From a candidate division NC10 bacterium CSP1-5 (GTDB taxonomy: Bacteria > Methylomirabilota > Methylomirabilia > Methylomirabilales > CSP1-5), in NCBI GenBank assembly GCA_001443495.1, contig LDXR01000008.1, positions 61,176 through 125,175 on the forward strand: a stretch of 64,000 bases of DNA, given 5' to 3'. A program made the position numbers and the translations under genes. Numbering within the stretch: the stretch's first letter is position 1; every line of letters starts with the position of its first letter. Below the pieces are notes generated by a model. That model was not told the DNA's origin and searched no databases. It saw only the letters and a list, made by a program, of their open reading frames with translations. Below, piece after piece: positions 28,243-37,175 of the stretch.

Positions 28243-28563
28243 TTAGGGGAAGACAGTGACCATCACCGCAAAGAGTATCAGTTCGTCCCTCCCGGCGTTT
28301 CCAATCCAGACCTCGTCACCGTCGCCCGCCATGAAGAGATCCCCTGCCCGGCCCTCCTCCTCGCGGTCTCCGATGCGGATGCGGGCTCGACCTCGAACAA
28401 CATACATGAGGGTGTCGCTCCCGTGGCGCGTGGGCCCGAGGCGCTGCCCGGATTTGAAAAAATGGGCGACGCACCTCAGATGCGTTCCCTTGCCGAGCTC
28501 GACCGATTTGGGCCCGTTGACCTGATATTCCCGGACCGTCTCGATGTTGACCAGTCTCACCAC
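28243..28563 (-). CDS. Cupin domain protein
   Basis: GQRLGPTRHGSDTLMYVVRGRARIRIG...AGDL; RBS GGAGGAGGA before the GTG. Confidence 0.65.
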   Translation of the reverse strand: MVRLVNIETVREYQVNGPKSVELGKGTHLRCVAHFFKSGQRLGPTRHGSDTLMYVVRGRARIRIGDREEEGRAGDLFMAGDGDEVWIGNAGRDELILFAVMVTVFP

Positions 28564-28832
28564 TCCTCCTCCAGGCTCTCCCCTCTTCCCGCTGGACTCG
28601 CCCTCTCGTCTTCTGTACGGTCGTGCATTGCGGACGATTCCGTGACTGCCAAGCTCGGTGGCTGTCGCCACGGCAGTCGTCACTGTGCAAGGCGAGCGTG
28701 GTGGAAAAGCCAGAGGGATGACGGCATATGCATCCTGGAGATGGTTAACTACACGGACCGTCGATTATCTCTTCATGGCCCGGGTGGCGCGGGGGCTTAG
28801 GCTACCATAGGGTGCATCTGATTGCAAGGCCC

Positions 28833-29936
28833 TGTACTCGTTCACTACATATGAGACACGGAGGGGCTCTCCTTGGGTATGATGCCGTGTTGTTGGAGGA
28901 ACTGCAAGGGTGTGAGATAGCCGAGCGCTTGGTGGGGCCGGACGGTGTTGTAGATGCCTTCCCATTGAGCGAGCTCTCGGTTGAGCGCCTCAACGGTCCA
29001 GGAGCACTCGGTCACCTCATAGAACTCCTCGGTATGGGTCCGCTGCGCCCGCTCGACCGCGCCATTGAGCTTGGGGCTTTTCGGGGGCAGCACGAACAGG
29101 CGGATCCCGCGGCGCTGGCACTCCGCTTCAAAGGCCGCGAAGAATTCGGCGCCCCCATCCACCTGGACGGCCCGGATGGGGAAGGGCATGCGCGCTTGCA
29201 CGCTATCCAGAAACTGCACGGCGAGGGCGGCGGTGGCCCGGCGATGGGCCTCCAGGACATCCCAGCGCGAGACCACGTCGCGGGCGGTGAACTGTTTGAG
29301 GAGGACCCCGGGCACGGGCCGGAGATCGAGGGTGTCGAGCTGAACTAAGTCGCCCGGCTGCCGAGGGTGATACTCTTTCGGTTTCCGCATGGCGTACGGG
29401 CGGTGGGGCCGCCGTCGGGCGGCCCCCAGGGCTCGCCGCTGCGGTTCGACGAGCCGCCCATGCCTTTTGAGATAGGTGAGGATGCGCCCGACCGTGGACG
29501 CCGAGGTGGCCTGCCCCTGGGCCCGGAGCAGGATCACCAACTTATCCTTCCCCCAGCGGGGGTACGTCGCCCGCACCTGGTGCACAGCGGTGATGAGCGT
29601 CAGGGGCCACCGCGGAGCGCGCACGCGCCGCGGGCGCCGGGAGCGCTCTTTGAGCGAGGTCAGGTCGGTGGGGTCAAAGCGGCGGCGCCACCGGTAGAGG
29701 GTCGCCCGGCTGACCCCGAAGGTCCGGCAGGCCAGCGGGACGTCCCGGGTCTCCTGCCAGAGGCTGAGCGCCCTCAGCCGATCCCGCTCCCGGGGCGACA
29801 GCGCCACATGCCCATACCGCGCGACCCAATCGAACTGCCAGTTCAGGCCAAAGACGCTCATGAGGGGTTCCTCCTTCCGCGTGGGAACCCCTCCCTTGTA
29901 CCCTAAGTTTGTCTCACATGTATCTGAACGAGTTCA
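28833..29936 (-). mobile_element. IS481-family insertion sequence (1104 bp)
   Basis: Imperfect terminal IRs TGTACTCGTTCA..TACATATGAGAC and GTCTCACATGTA..TGAACGAGTTCA; GGCCC direct repeat at 28828-28832 and 29937-29941. Confidence 0.88.
28845..29861 (-). CDS. IS481-family DDE transposase (HTH plus integrase core)
   Basis: FGVSRATLYRW HTH; QLDT, QVDGGAEF, NGAVER; YNTVRPHQALGYLTP. Confidence 0.92.
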   Translation of the reverse strand: MSVFGLNWQFDWVARYGHVALSPRERDRLRALSLWQETRDVPLACRTFGVSRATLYRWRRRFDPTDLTSLKERSRRPRRVRAPRWPLTLITAVHQVRATYPRWGKDKLVILLRAQGQATSASTVGRILTYLKRHGRLVEPQRRALGAARRRPHRPYAMRKPKEYHPRQPGDLVQLDTLDLRPVPGVLLKQFTARDVVSRWDVLEAHRRATAALAVQFLDSVQARMPFPIRAVQVDGGAEFFAAFEAECQRRGIRLFVLPPKSPKLNGAVERAQRTHTEEFYEVTECSWTVEALNRELAQWEGIYNTVRPHQALGYLTPLQFLQQHGIIPKESPSVSHM

Positions 29937-30056
29937 GGCCCCGAGCCCGGGACCCCTTGCTCCCCCACCCTTTCGCATGCTACCCTCCCGGTGGCCTCGG
30001 CGACTGCGCTGGTCGACGGGGCCGATGCCCTCAGCGATTTCGGGGGTGAAGAGTTC

Positions 30057-31877
30057 ATGCTGGAACCCCTGAAGCGGTTTTTGATCGGTGAACCGAAGGC
30101 GACGGCCCAGGCGCCGCACGAACGCCTGTCCAATCCTGTCGCCCTGGCGGTCTTCTCCTCCGACGCCCTGTCCTCAGTGGCGTACGCCACAGAGGAGATC
30201 CTCCTCGTCTTGGTCCTCGCTGGGGCGACCGCCCTCACGTGGTCGAGCGGTATCGCCGTGGCCATCGGACTCCTCCTCCTCATCGTCACGGTGTCGTACC
30301 GCCAGACGATCCAGGCCTATCCGGCAGGCGGCGGGGCGTATCTCGTCAGCAAGGATAACCTGGGCGTCCCCGCGGGCCTGGTAGCCGGCGCCGCCCTGCT
30401 CATCGATTATGTCTTGACCGTTTCCGTCAGCGTGGCCGCGGGCGTGGCCGCCATCACCTCCGCCTGGCCCGCCCTCTACGGGCAGCGCGTCCTCCTCGGC
30501 GTCGTGGCGGTGGCGGCGATCGCCATAGCAAATCTGCGCGGGTTGCGGGAGTCGGGAAGGCTGTTCGCCGCCCCGACCTACCTCTTCATGATCAGCATGC
30601 TCGGCCTCATCGTCTTGGGCCTCGCCCGTCTCCTCTGGGGGGAGACCCCGGTGGTGCCTCTCCCCTCGTCCCCCGTGGTTCCGGTGGCGGCCGTGACCCC
30701 CTTTCTCATCCTCCGGGCCTTCGCGTCCGGGTGTACCGCCTTGACGGGGGTCGAGGCGATCTCCGATGGCGTCCCGGCGTTCCGCAAACCTGAGGCCGAC
30801 AACGCCAAGCGGACCATAGCCTGGATGGCCGGCATCCTGCTGATCCTCTTCCTTGGGGTCACCTTCCTGGCGCGAGCGTATGAGGTCCTCCCCCGCGAAG
30901 GCGAGACGGTGGTTTCTCAACTCGCCCGGATGATTGTCGGCACGAGCCCCTTCTATTACGTGATCCAGGCGGCGACAGCCCTCATCCTCCTCTTGGCGGC
31001 CAACACCAGCTTTGCCGACTTCCCGCGGCTGTCCTACTTTCTTGCCCGCGACCGCTTCCTCCCCCGCCAACTCGTCAACCGGGGCGATCGACTGGTCTTC
31101 TCCAACGGGGTTATCGTCCTCGCCCTTCTCGCCTCGTTGCTCCTCGTCCTCTTCGGAGGCGACACCCATGCTCTGATCCCTCTGTATGCCGTCGGCGTTT
31201 TTATCTCATTCACCCTGTCTCAGGCGGGTATGGTCCGACGGCATCTCCGCCTTCGGGAGACGGGCTGGCAGCGCGGTATCCTCATCAACGGGGCGGGGGC
31301 GGTAACCACGGCGGTCGTCCTCACGGTCGTCGGGGGGACAAAGTTCGTCGATGGGGCCTTCCTGGTGGTGGTCATGATTCCCATCCTCGTGGGCATGTTC
31401 GCCGCGATCCACCGCCATTATCGGCAAGTGGGGGAGCAGCTCCGCATCAAGCATTTCGCCGTTCCGGACAAGGTGACGCATGCGGTCCTCCTCCTCGTGT
31501 CGGACGTCCACATGGGCATCCTCAACGCACTGAACTATGCCCGGGCGATCTCGCCAGAGGTGGAGGCGGTCTACGTCAGTCTGGATGAGGAGGCGACGAA
31601 GCAGATGCGGCTTCGCTGGGGGCTCTGGTCGGGGGGTGTCCCCCTGGTGATTCTCGACTCGCCCTACCGGTCCGTCGTACAGCCACTCATCGAGTACGTG
31701 AACAAGATCCAAGCCGAGCGACAGGTGGATTTCGTTACCATCGTCCTGCCGGAGTTCGTCCCCGCGCGGTGGTGGCATCACCTCTTACATAATCAGACCG
31801 CCCTCCGGATCAGGGCCCATTTCCTCTTTCGCAAGGGGACGGTCATCATCAACGTGCGTTTCCATCTCGAGACGTAG
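30057..31877 (+). CDS. APC-family permease, KimA/YdaO-like potassium transporter
   Basis: FSSDALSSVAYATEEI, YPAGGGAY, DYVLTVSVS, ALTGVEAISDG, LYAVGVF; C-terminal SPYRS and WWHHLLHNQ. Confidence 0.88.
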   Translation: MLEPLKRFLIGEPKATAQAPHERLSNPVALAVFSSDALSSVAYATEEILLVLVLAGATALTWSSGIAVAIGLLLLIVTVSYRQTIQAYPAGGGAYLVSKDNLGVPAGLVAGAALLIDYVLTVSVSVAAGVAAITSAWPALYGQRVLLGVVAVAAIAIANLRGLRESGRLFAAPTYLFMISMLGLIVLGLARLLWGETPVVPLPSSPVVPVAAVTPFLILRAFASGCTALTGVEAISDGVPAFRKPEADNAKRTIAWMAGILLILFLGVTFLARAYEVLPREGETVVSQLARMIVGTSPFYYVIQAATALILLLAANTSFADFPRLSYFLARDRFLPRQLVNRGDRLVFSNGVIVLALLASLLLVLFGGDTHALIPLYAVGVFISFTLSQAGMVRRHLRLRETGWQRGILINGAGAVTTAVVLTVVGGTKFVDGAFLVVVMIPILVGMFAAIHRHYRQVGEQLRIKHFAVPDKVTHAVLLLVSDVHMGILNALNYARAISPEVEAVYVSLDEEATKQMRLRWGLWSGGVPLVILDSPYRSVVQPLIEYVNKIQAERQVDFVTIVLPEFVPARWWHHLLHNQTALRIRAHFLFRKGTVIINVRFHLET

Positions 31878-32026
31878 CCGGGGCCCGCACCTGGGACTCC
31901 CTCGCGCGAGCAATCCAATATCGGGAATACGGGGAGTGCGCCACAGTGTGACAGGGTGAGGGTGCACACCCGTTCGGGGAAAACAGGACGTGAGGGGAAG
32001 GGAGGCTGCCTCGGGCGCTGATGTGC

Positions 32027-32104
32027 TGGTGACCCCAGCGGGATTCGAACCCGCGTTGCCGCCTTGAAAGAGCGGTGTCCTAGGCCAGGCTAGACGATGG
32101 GGTC
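32027..32104 (-). tRNA. tRNA-Glu (TTC)
   Basis: Reverse complement GACCCCATCGTCTAG...CCGCT CTTTCAA GGCGG...GTTCGAATC...GGGGTCACCA folds as a cloverleaf with encoded CCA. Confidence 0.96.
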
Positions 32105-32279
32105 CACCGCGGGCATGATGCGATGGCTAGACACATAGCATATCCGGTCTCGGTTCGCAAGGGAGAAGACCCCGGGAATGCGCGCCTAGGAAGACGTCAG
32201 GCCCCTGATACCGGGGAAGGGCGTTGACAAGGTGAAATGATTCAAGAGAAGATGACACGGGCTCTCCCGGGGGTCTTCC

Positions 32280-32645
32280 ATGGATCGGAAGCGATTCGCG
32301 CGACTCGTGGCGGAGGCCTTGGCAACTCTCCCCCCGCTGTTTCAGGAAAAGTTGACGAATCTCGAGGTGGTCATCGAGGCCTGGCCCCGCAAGGAAGATC
32401 TGGAAGAGGTGGGTCTTGACCCGCGGGAGACGCTTCTCGGTCTCTACCGGGGTGTCCCGCTGACAGAGCGGGGGGTCGAAGGACCACTGATGCCTGATCA
32501 GATCGTCATCTTTCAGGGCCCGATCGAGTCCTACTGTATGGATGATAGCGAGATCCGGGAGGAGGTTCGCCGGACCGTTGTCCACGAGGTGGCCCATCAC
32601 TTTGGGATCGGGGAGGAGCGCCTAGAGGAGCTGGGTTGGGACTAG
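32280..32645 (+). CDS. Zincin-like metallopeptidase family protein
   Basis: LLGLYRGVPLTER, PDQIVIFQGPI, TVVHEVAHHFG HExxH. Confidence 0.88.
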   Translation: MDRKRFARLVAEALATLPPLFQEKLTNLEVVIEAWPRKEDLEEVGLDPRETLLGLYRGVPLTERGVEGPLMPDQIVIFQGPIESYCMDDSEIREEVRRTVVHEVAHHFGIGEERLEELGWD

Positions 32646-32680
32646 AATCGAGGCGGTGAGTTTCTCCTTGTGTCGAGCAT

Positions 32681-32803
32681 ATGGATTTCCCGGTACGGTG
32701 CGCTACGTGCGGATGGACAGGGCAGATCGATGAGGCCAAACCCGGCCCTTCGGTGGCCCTGTGCCCGGCCTGCGGCAAGCCCCTCTTCCCCGAAGAGGGC
32801 TAG
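32681..32803 (+). CDS. 40-aa zinc-ribbon microprotein (below the ORF-track cutoff)
   Basis: MDFPVRCATCGWTGQIDEAKPGPSVALCPACGKPLFPEEG contains two CxxCG knuckles. Confidence 0.6.
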   Translation: MDFPVRCATCGWTGQIDEAKPGPSVALCPACGKPLFPEEG

Positions 32804-32905
32804 TACCGTTCCGACGCGATGAGCCGAATTTGGCGGCGTGGCTCGTTCCAATGGTCGTGGGAGTGCGGAGCGAGAAAGTTTGCAAACAGTTGCAACGGCA
32901 CGAGG

Positions 32906-33148
32906 CTACGCTGGATTACGCTGCCAGAAGGGCCGGAGGCGGAAGGTCTTGAGCGAAGCAGAGCAGATGCTGTTGGCGCAGCGGTATACGCGGAAGAGGA
33001 GTCGGTGGGTCCCGGTGGGGATCAGGTAGCAGTCGCAGTGGGGGCAGAGACGCCGGTCCTGGTAATGCTCTTCGACGTAACGCCGAATCTCCTGCAGGTT
33101 ACAGATGATCTCCCCGCCTGGGCTGAGAAAGAGATATTCGGTAATCAT
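32906..33148 (-). CDS. Small Cys-rich hypothetical protein, zinc-ribbon-like
   Basis: CPHC...YRCANSIC; 80 aa. Confidence 0.5.
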   Translation of the reverse strand: MITEYLFLSPGGEIICNLQEIRRYVEEHYQDRRLCPHCDCYLIPTGTHRLLFRVYRCANSICSASLKTFRLRPFWQRNPA

Positions 33149-33208
33149 CGTCGGTTCGCTACAGCCGTTTCTTCATGGCACACGTCCGGGCGCGGCGGGC
33201 CTTCGGTG

Positions 33209-33304
33209 CTATTCCTCAACCTCCCGGCGCGCCTTCCGGACAGCCAGCCAGATGACAAGCACTATGACTCCCATCCAGAGGACCTCGAAGAGCACCAGTT
33301 GCAT
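33209..33304 (-). CDS. 31-aa single-pass membrane microprotein
   Basis: MQLVLFEVLWMGVIVLVIWLAVRKARREVEE; purine-rich RBS GGGGAGAGGG; hydrophobic helix followed by a basic tail. Confidence 0.55.
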   Translation of the reverse strand: MQLVLFEVLWMGVIVLVIWLAVRKARREVEE

Positions 33305-33444
33305 CCCTCTCCCCCTGGGGCCCGGAGATCTTCACTATCATCTATATTCTACTCCTTCTCGATCCGGTGTCAAGGACTTCGATCCATCACCTGGTCTTCA
33401 AAGCCGGCCTTGGCCGATCCTGCAGTCGCTGCTATGATACGCGC

Positions 33445-33765
33445 ATGAGATGGGCGATACCGCTGCTGTTGGCGAGTCTTCTCCTTGGGGCGGGGGCGTG
33501 CTCGGTACCATGGCTCGGCGACCGCGACGTGCAGGAGTGGCGGGGGCAAATCGTTGAGCTGAATCGGGATCGGGGGTATATCGTGGTGCGCTCCCAGGAG
33601 CGGTTGCTCGATTATGTCTTTCGGCTGACCTCCAAGACCGAAATCACCGCACAGGGGCCGGCGAGGCGTTCCCTCGAGCCTGGCCAGTGGGTTACCGTCC
33701 AGTATGAGAAGGATCGTTCCGCGGACGGACCGCCTGCCGCCCTCCGCGTTCAGGTAATCCGGTGA
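33445..33765 (+). CDS. Putative lipoprotein with a small OB-fold-like beta domain
   Basis: Signal peptide ending AGAC; GQIVELN, LEPGQWVTVQY. Confidence 0.65.
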   Translation: MRWAIPLLLASLLLGAGACSVPWLGDRDVQEWRGQIVELNRDRGYIVVRSQERLLDYVFRLTSKTEITAQGPARRSLEPGQWVTVQYEKDRSADGPPAALRVQVIR

Positions 33766-33996
33766 TGAAGACCTCGTCCTCCTCCCTTCCATATGATTGA
33801 TCCAGGAAGACCCGCCACATTTGGGACAGGGCTGTTTCAGCTCTGCCATGTCACTCCCTTTGTGTCTCCCGGCGTTTGAGGAAAGCAGGCTCGCCCGCTC
33901 CATCGGCGGAGAGCCTCGGATGGAGATCAAGGGGGGGCGATCGACGAGGGCCTTTACGGAGCCGGGGGCGAGACCGTGAGGGGAACGGGGGAGGAT

Positions 33997-34404
33997 CTAG
34001 CGCTGCCCTAGGGTCTGGATCCTGGCGAGCCACTCCTTGGAGGGGATGACGCAGAGAAAGCCCAATGGCTCGTCGCCGATGTTCTCGAACTGGTGCTGTT
34101 CGTTCTGCGGGATATAGACGATATCTCCGGCTTCCACCTCGTGGACCTCCCATCCCAGAAGGACTCGAGCCCGGCCTTTCAAGATCATGACTCCCTGGTC
34201 ATGGAGATGATGTTCAAAGGACGATTGGCCGCGGGGGGGGATCTCGAAGTAGCGGACGGCAAAGTGCTGGGCTCCGTCCTTGGGGCCGATCAGGACGTGG
34301 CGACAGCTCCCCTCGCTGGTCCCGCCCCCCTGATAGAGTTCCGTCTCGACCCCTTCCCATGCGAAGTTTCTGTCCCCGCCGATCCGCTTGTGGACGACAC
34401 CCAT
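33997..34404 (-). CDS. Cupin domain protein
   Basis: FAVRYFEIPP, EHHLHDQ, GDIVYIPQNEQHQF, LGFLCVIP. Confidence 0.85.
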   Translation of the reverse strand: MGVVHKRIGGDRNFAWEGVETELYQGGGTSEGSCRHVLIGPKDGAQHFAVRYFEIPPRGQSSFEHHLHDQGVMILKGRARVLLGWEVHEVEAGDIVYIPQNEQHQFENIGDEPLGFLCVIPSKEWLARIQTLGQR

Positions 34405-34416
34405 CGCGATCCCTCG

Positions 34417-35463
34417 TCACATGAAGTTGGGGACGGCGCCGCCATGGAGGTTGGAGATCCGTTCGGCCATGCCGTGCTGAAAGCCCACCTGGATGAGTCG
34501 CTTCACGCGTGTGGCGTGCATCTCCTTGTACAGCTCCTTGACCCGCTCGCGTCCGTGGGCGATCTGCTCGGGCGCCGAGCCGCCGCCGGCGAGGACCGCC
34601 AGGGCCTGCTGGACAAAGGGACTCGCCCCGGCGGCCTGTCGCAGAAAGGCGGCCCGCGCCTCGGCCGCCTGGGTGAGCTGCACCACCAGGGCGGGATCGT
34701 GCTTCAGATGGTAAGCGATGTGGGAGACGCCATAGCCCACGTGCCGGCCCTCGTCCTGGCGGGTCATCTTGAAAATTTGGGCCGTCACGGGATCCGGAGC
34801 CACCTCTTCGAGGAACTTTAGAAGCTCCATGAAGGTTCCCTCTCCCAGAATGTGGAGGAGGAAGGAGGCGCTGGTGAAATCCTCCTGGGTCAGGAGACTC
34901 TTGAGGGACCACTCGGTGGCCGCCGAGACATACTGGAGACCCCCGCCATTGGCGAGCGCTCGCTTGGTGAAGACCTCGACGTGACGCGCCTCGTCCTCCA
35001 CCTGGCTTGCCAGGAAGAGCACGACCTCGGTGAAACGCGGGTCCACCCGGGTAAGGAGCTTGGCGGGCAGGTAGAGCGCCAAGTATTCGTTCTGAATCAT
35101 GAAGGTGCAGATCTGGCAGACCGCCTGCTCCAGGTCAGCCGGGAGAGGATGGAGCTTGTCCCAGGGGATGTCGGTCGCGGCATTCCACTGGCCCAGCTTG
35201 GCCTGCTCGACCAGGTCGGCGATGTTGTCGGCCCAGACTACCGCCTTCTTGTTCACCGGGAACTCGAAAGGCGGGGTGTTGGGGTCCACCACCGAGCCGC
35301 GCTGGGCGAGGCCCAAGTGGGCCGGGGCCTCGTCCGGGACCTGGCCTGCCTGACCGACGAAGCAGTCCCGAAAGTCGATGCCGCCGCCATCCCGGACAGG
35401 CACGCGAATGCCCCAATCGGGCTCGCCCCAGTTAGTGGTGTCTGGCAGCTTGATCTCGGTCAC
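34417..35463 (-). CDS. Ferritin-like diiron domain protein
   Basis: QNE, EDEARH, GEG and QDEGRH paired ExxH motifs. Confidence 0.8.
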   Translation of the reverse strand: MTEIKLPDTTNWGEPDWGIRVPVRDGGGIDFRDCFVGQAGQVPDEAPAHLGLAQRGSVVDPNTPPFEFPVNKKAVVWADNIADLVEQAKLGQWNAATDIPWDKLHPLPADLEQAVCQICTFMIQNEYLALYLPAKLLTRVDPRFTEVVLFLASQVEDEARHVEVFTKRALANGGGLQYVSAATEWSLKSLLTQEDFTSASFLLHILGEGTFMELLKFLEEVAPDPVTAQIFKMTRQDEGRHVGYGVSHIAYHLKHDPALVVQLTQAAEARAAFLRQAAGASPFVQQALAVLAGGGSAPEQIAHGRERVKELYKEMHATRVKRLIQVGFQHGMAERISNLHGGAVPNFM

Positions 35464-35505
35464 CCGTCATCTCCTTGTGATTGTCCTCTCGATCTCTGGT
35501 GGTCT

Positions 35506-35817
35506 TCACGGTTTCTCCAGATACTTCACCACCAGGAGGTGCCTCACATCACGCACCCCAGGAACACCTCTCGTCACCTCGATGGCCCGCAGTTTCTGCT
35601 GTTCAGAATCGACAAAGCCCGAGAGGAGGACGATCCCACGGAACGTCTCCACGCTGATGCTGAGGTAGCTCAAGACCCCCTCTCCGGCGATGGCCGCCTT
35701 AACCTGGGAGGTGATGCCCACATCGTCGAAGTACTCCCGGATCGTCACGTCGGTGTGGGGGGCACAGCTCGCCGCGACGAGGACAGCCATGGCGAGGAGA
35801 CGCAACTTCAAATGCAT
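35506..35817 (-). CDS. BON domain lipoprotein
   Basis: Lipobox AASC; DDVGITSQVKAAI, ISVET..GIVLLSGFV, VPGVRDV. Confidence 0.85.
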   Translation of the reverse strand: MHLKLRLLAMAVLVAASCAPHTDVTIREYFDDVGITSQVKAAIAGEGVLSYLSISVETFRGIVLLSGFVDSEQQKLRAIEVTRGVPGVRDVRHLLVVKYLEKP

Positions 35818-35902
35818 CGTGTGGGCTCCACCATAGTTCCCGGGACCGCCCAGTAGTGTACCAAGACCCCGCCTTGGTAGAAAGGGATTTCTGGTCAGAG
35901 GC

Positions 35903-36163
35903 CTACAGATACTCTTCGTCACGTTGAAGAGGAAGGCTGATACCTGGGCGCGGCAAGAGCAAATCTGGTCCAGAAAGGATGGTTTGGGAGTCAAGGAGGA
36001 GCTTATGAACATGATCGGCCAGGGTCTGCTTTTCTGGGGAGGTGAGGTCAAAGTATCGGCGCTGGGGAAAGAGTTCTTTGGCCACGACGAGCATCAGCTG
36101 ACTCATGGTTGCGACGAGGAGGGTCGCATGGAGTGGATCCTGACCTCCTGACACCACGATCAC
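35903..36163 (-). CDS. Hypothetical protein
   Basis: 86-aa ORF co-oriented with the BON gene; no recognisable motif. Confidence 0.35.
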   Translation of the reverse strand: MIVVSGGQDPLHATLLVATMSQLMLVVAKELFPQRRYFDLTSPEKQTLADHVHKLLLDSQTILSGPDLLLPRPGISLPLQRDEEYL

Positions 36164-36182
36164 CCCCTTCCTCGCGGGTTGT

Positions 36183-36198
36183 CGGCACGTGGGTTGCT
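36183..36198 (+). promoter_or_regulatory. Sigma54-like (-24/-12) promoter
   Basis: CGGCAC-GTGGG-TTGCT, GG-N10-GC spacing. Confidence 0.45.
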
Positions 36199-36292
36199 CG
36201 CGTCCGGGATTCTATCGTATTGGGTGGACACCCGCAAGCCGTCCTGTCCGCACTGGCCTGCTGTTCGCAGCACCTTCGGCCCGTCGCTCCGG

Positions 36293-36440
36293 GCCTCCCG
36301 CGGCGACCCTGAGCGGCGGCTTACGGCCTGGGTCCCTCCGTGTTCACGATCCGTGCAAGGAAGGCCAAGGATCGCGCCTCGGTTTCCCAGGCCGTCGCCC
36401 GCCGAGGGACCCCGCCGCTCCCGGCAATGTCGCTCGGGGC
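36293..36440 (+). ncRNA. Candidate structured non-coding element of unknown family
   Basis: Nested helices GCGAC/GTCGC, GAGCGGCGG/CCGCCGCTC, ACGGCCTGGG/CCCAGGCCGT, GATCC/GGATC plus crossing TCCCTC/GAGGGA. Confidence 0.4.
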
Positions 36441-36660
36441 CTGCAGGCGCTGCCGAGGCAAGCAGAATTCGGGAGGGCGAGGGGAGATGGGCCTGGACCC
36501 GGCGGAACGACCCACTCCCCGAGCCCTTCCGGACAAAGCTACCAGAGAACCCCAGAGCGAGGGGCCAAGGGTGCCGTTTCGCGTCGGTAGTGGTGTGAGC
36601 TATCGCATGGAGAAGTGCGATGCCTGCGGAAGCGCTGTGGATAAGGGGTGTGTATGCGGG

Positions 36661-36861
36661 CTAGGCAGAAAATGTGAGGCTGCTCGGCGCCCCCTCCCAG
36701 AGAAGCCCCGGGTCACCGTCCTGGTGATGTGCCTCGCAGAGCCACCGCATTCGCTCCTGCTCGATCGCAGCCTTGATGGCTCCCTCGGCACACTGCATAC
36801 AGATCATGCCAGCGTGCTCGCACGTCTCGAACGCCTCAATCGCCAACTCTTTCGCCGTCAT
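36661..36861 (-). CDS. Small Cys/His-containing hypothetical protein
   Basis: MTAKELAIEAFETCEHAGMICMQCAEGAIKAAIEQER; GGGAGGG RBS. Confidence 0.4.
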   Translation of the reverse strand: MTAKELAIEAFETCEHAGMICMQCAEGAIKAAIEQERMRWLCEAHHQDGDPGLLWEGAPSSLTFSA

Positions 36862-37175
36862 TGCATTCCCTCCCGCACGATGCGGCTGATCTTCGTGATG
36901 ATCTTTCGCGGCCCTTCGAACCCAGGGTGTTTGGGTGCAAAATGCGGACCACTTGTGTTCTTTTGTTCTTACTTCCTTCGTCTCCCGCCGAGTCGTCATC
37001 GTGGAGGGGCTGCTCACAGGACAAGACGTCACAGCGGGGAATTATGCGAATAAGAGAGGGGTTCGAGCGGTCGAGGGGGAGGGGGTGCGCTGTAGGTACA
37101 AGAATTGCAATGTTTGCGACACCATAGAACCCAGCACGCCGTCGCCCATGCGGGTAGGGGCACCAAGGAGGGGCC

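Noticed and set aside
28790-29960. c-di-AMP (ydaO) riboswitch upstream of the KimA-like gene, split by the IS
   Set aside because: Removing the IS gives TAGGG-hairpin-CCCGAGCCCG, a faint echo, but the GCUGAAUCC and CAGCUAACC elements are missing; cmscan of the rejoined site would settle it
36293-36440. SRP RNA, 6S RNA or HDV-like ribozyme
   Set aside because: No SRP CAGG...GGAA...AGCAG loop; no 6S-type central bubble; crossing helices resemble HDV order but the P3/L3, P4 and J4/2 spacings do not fit
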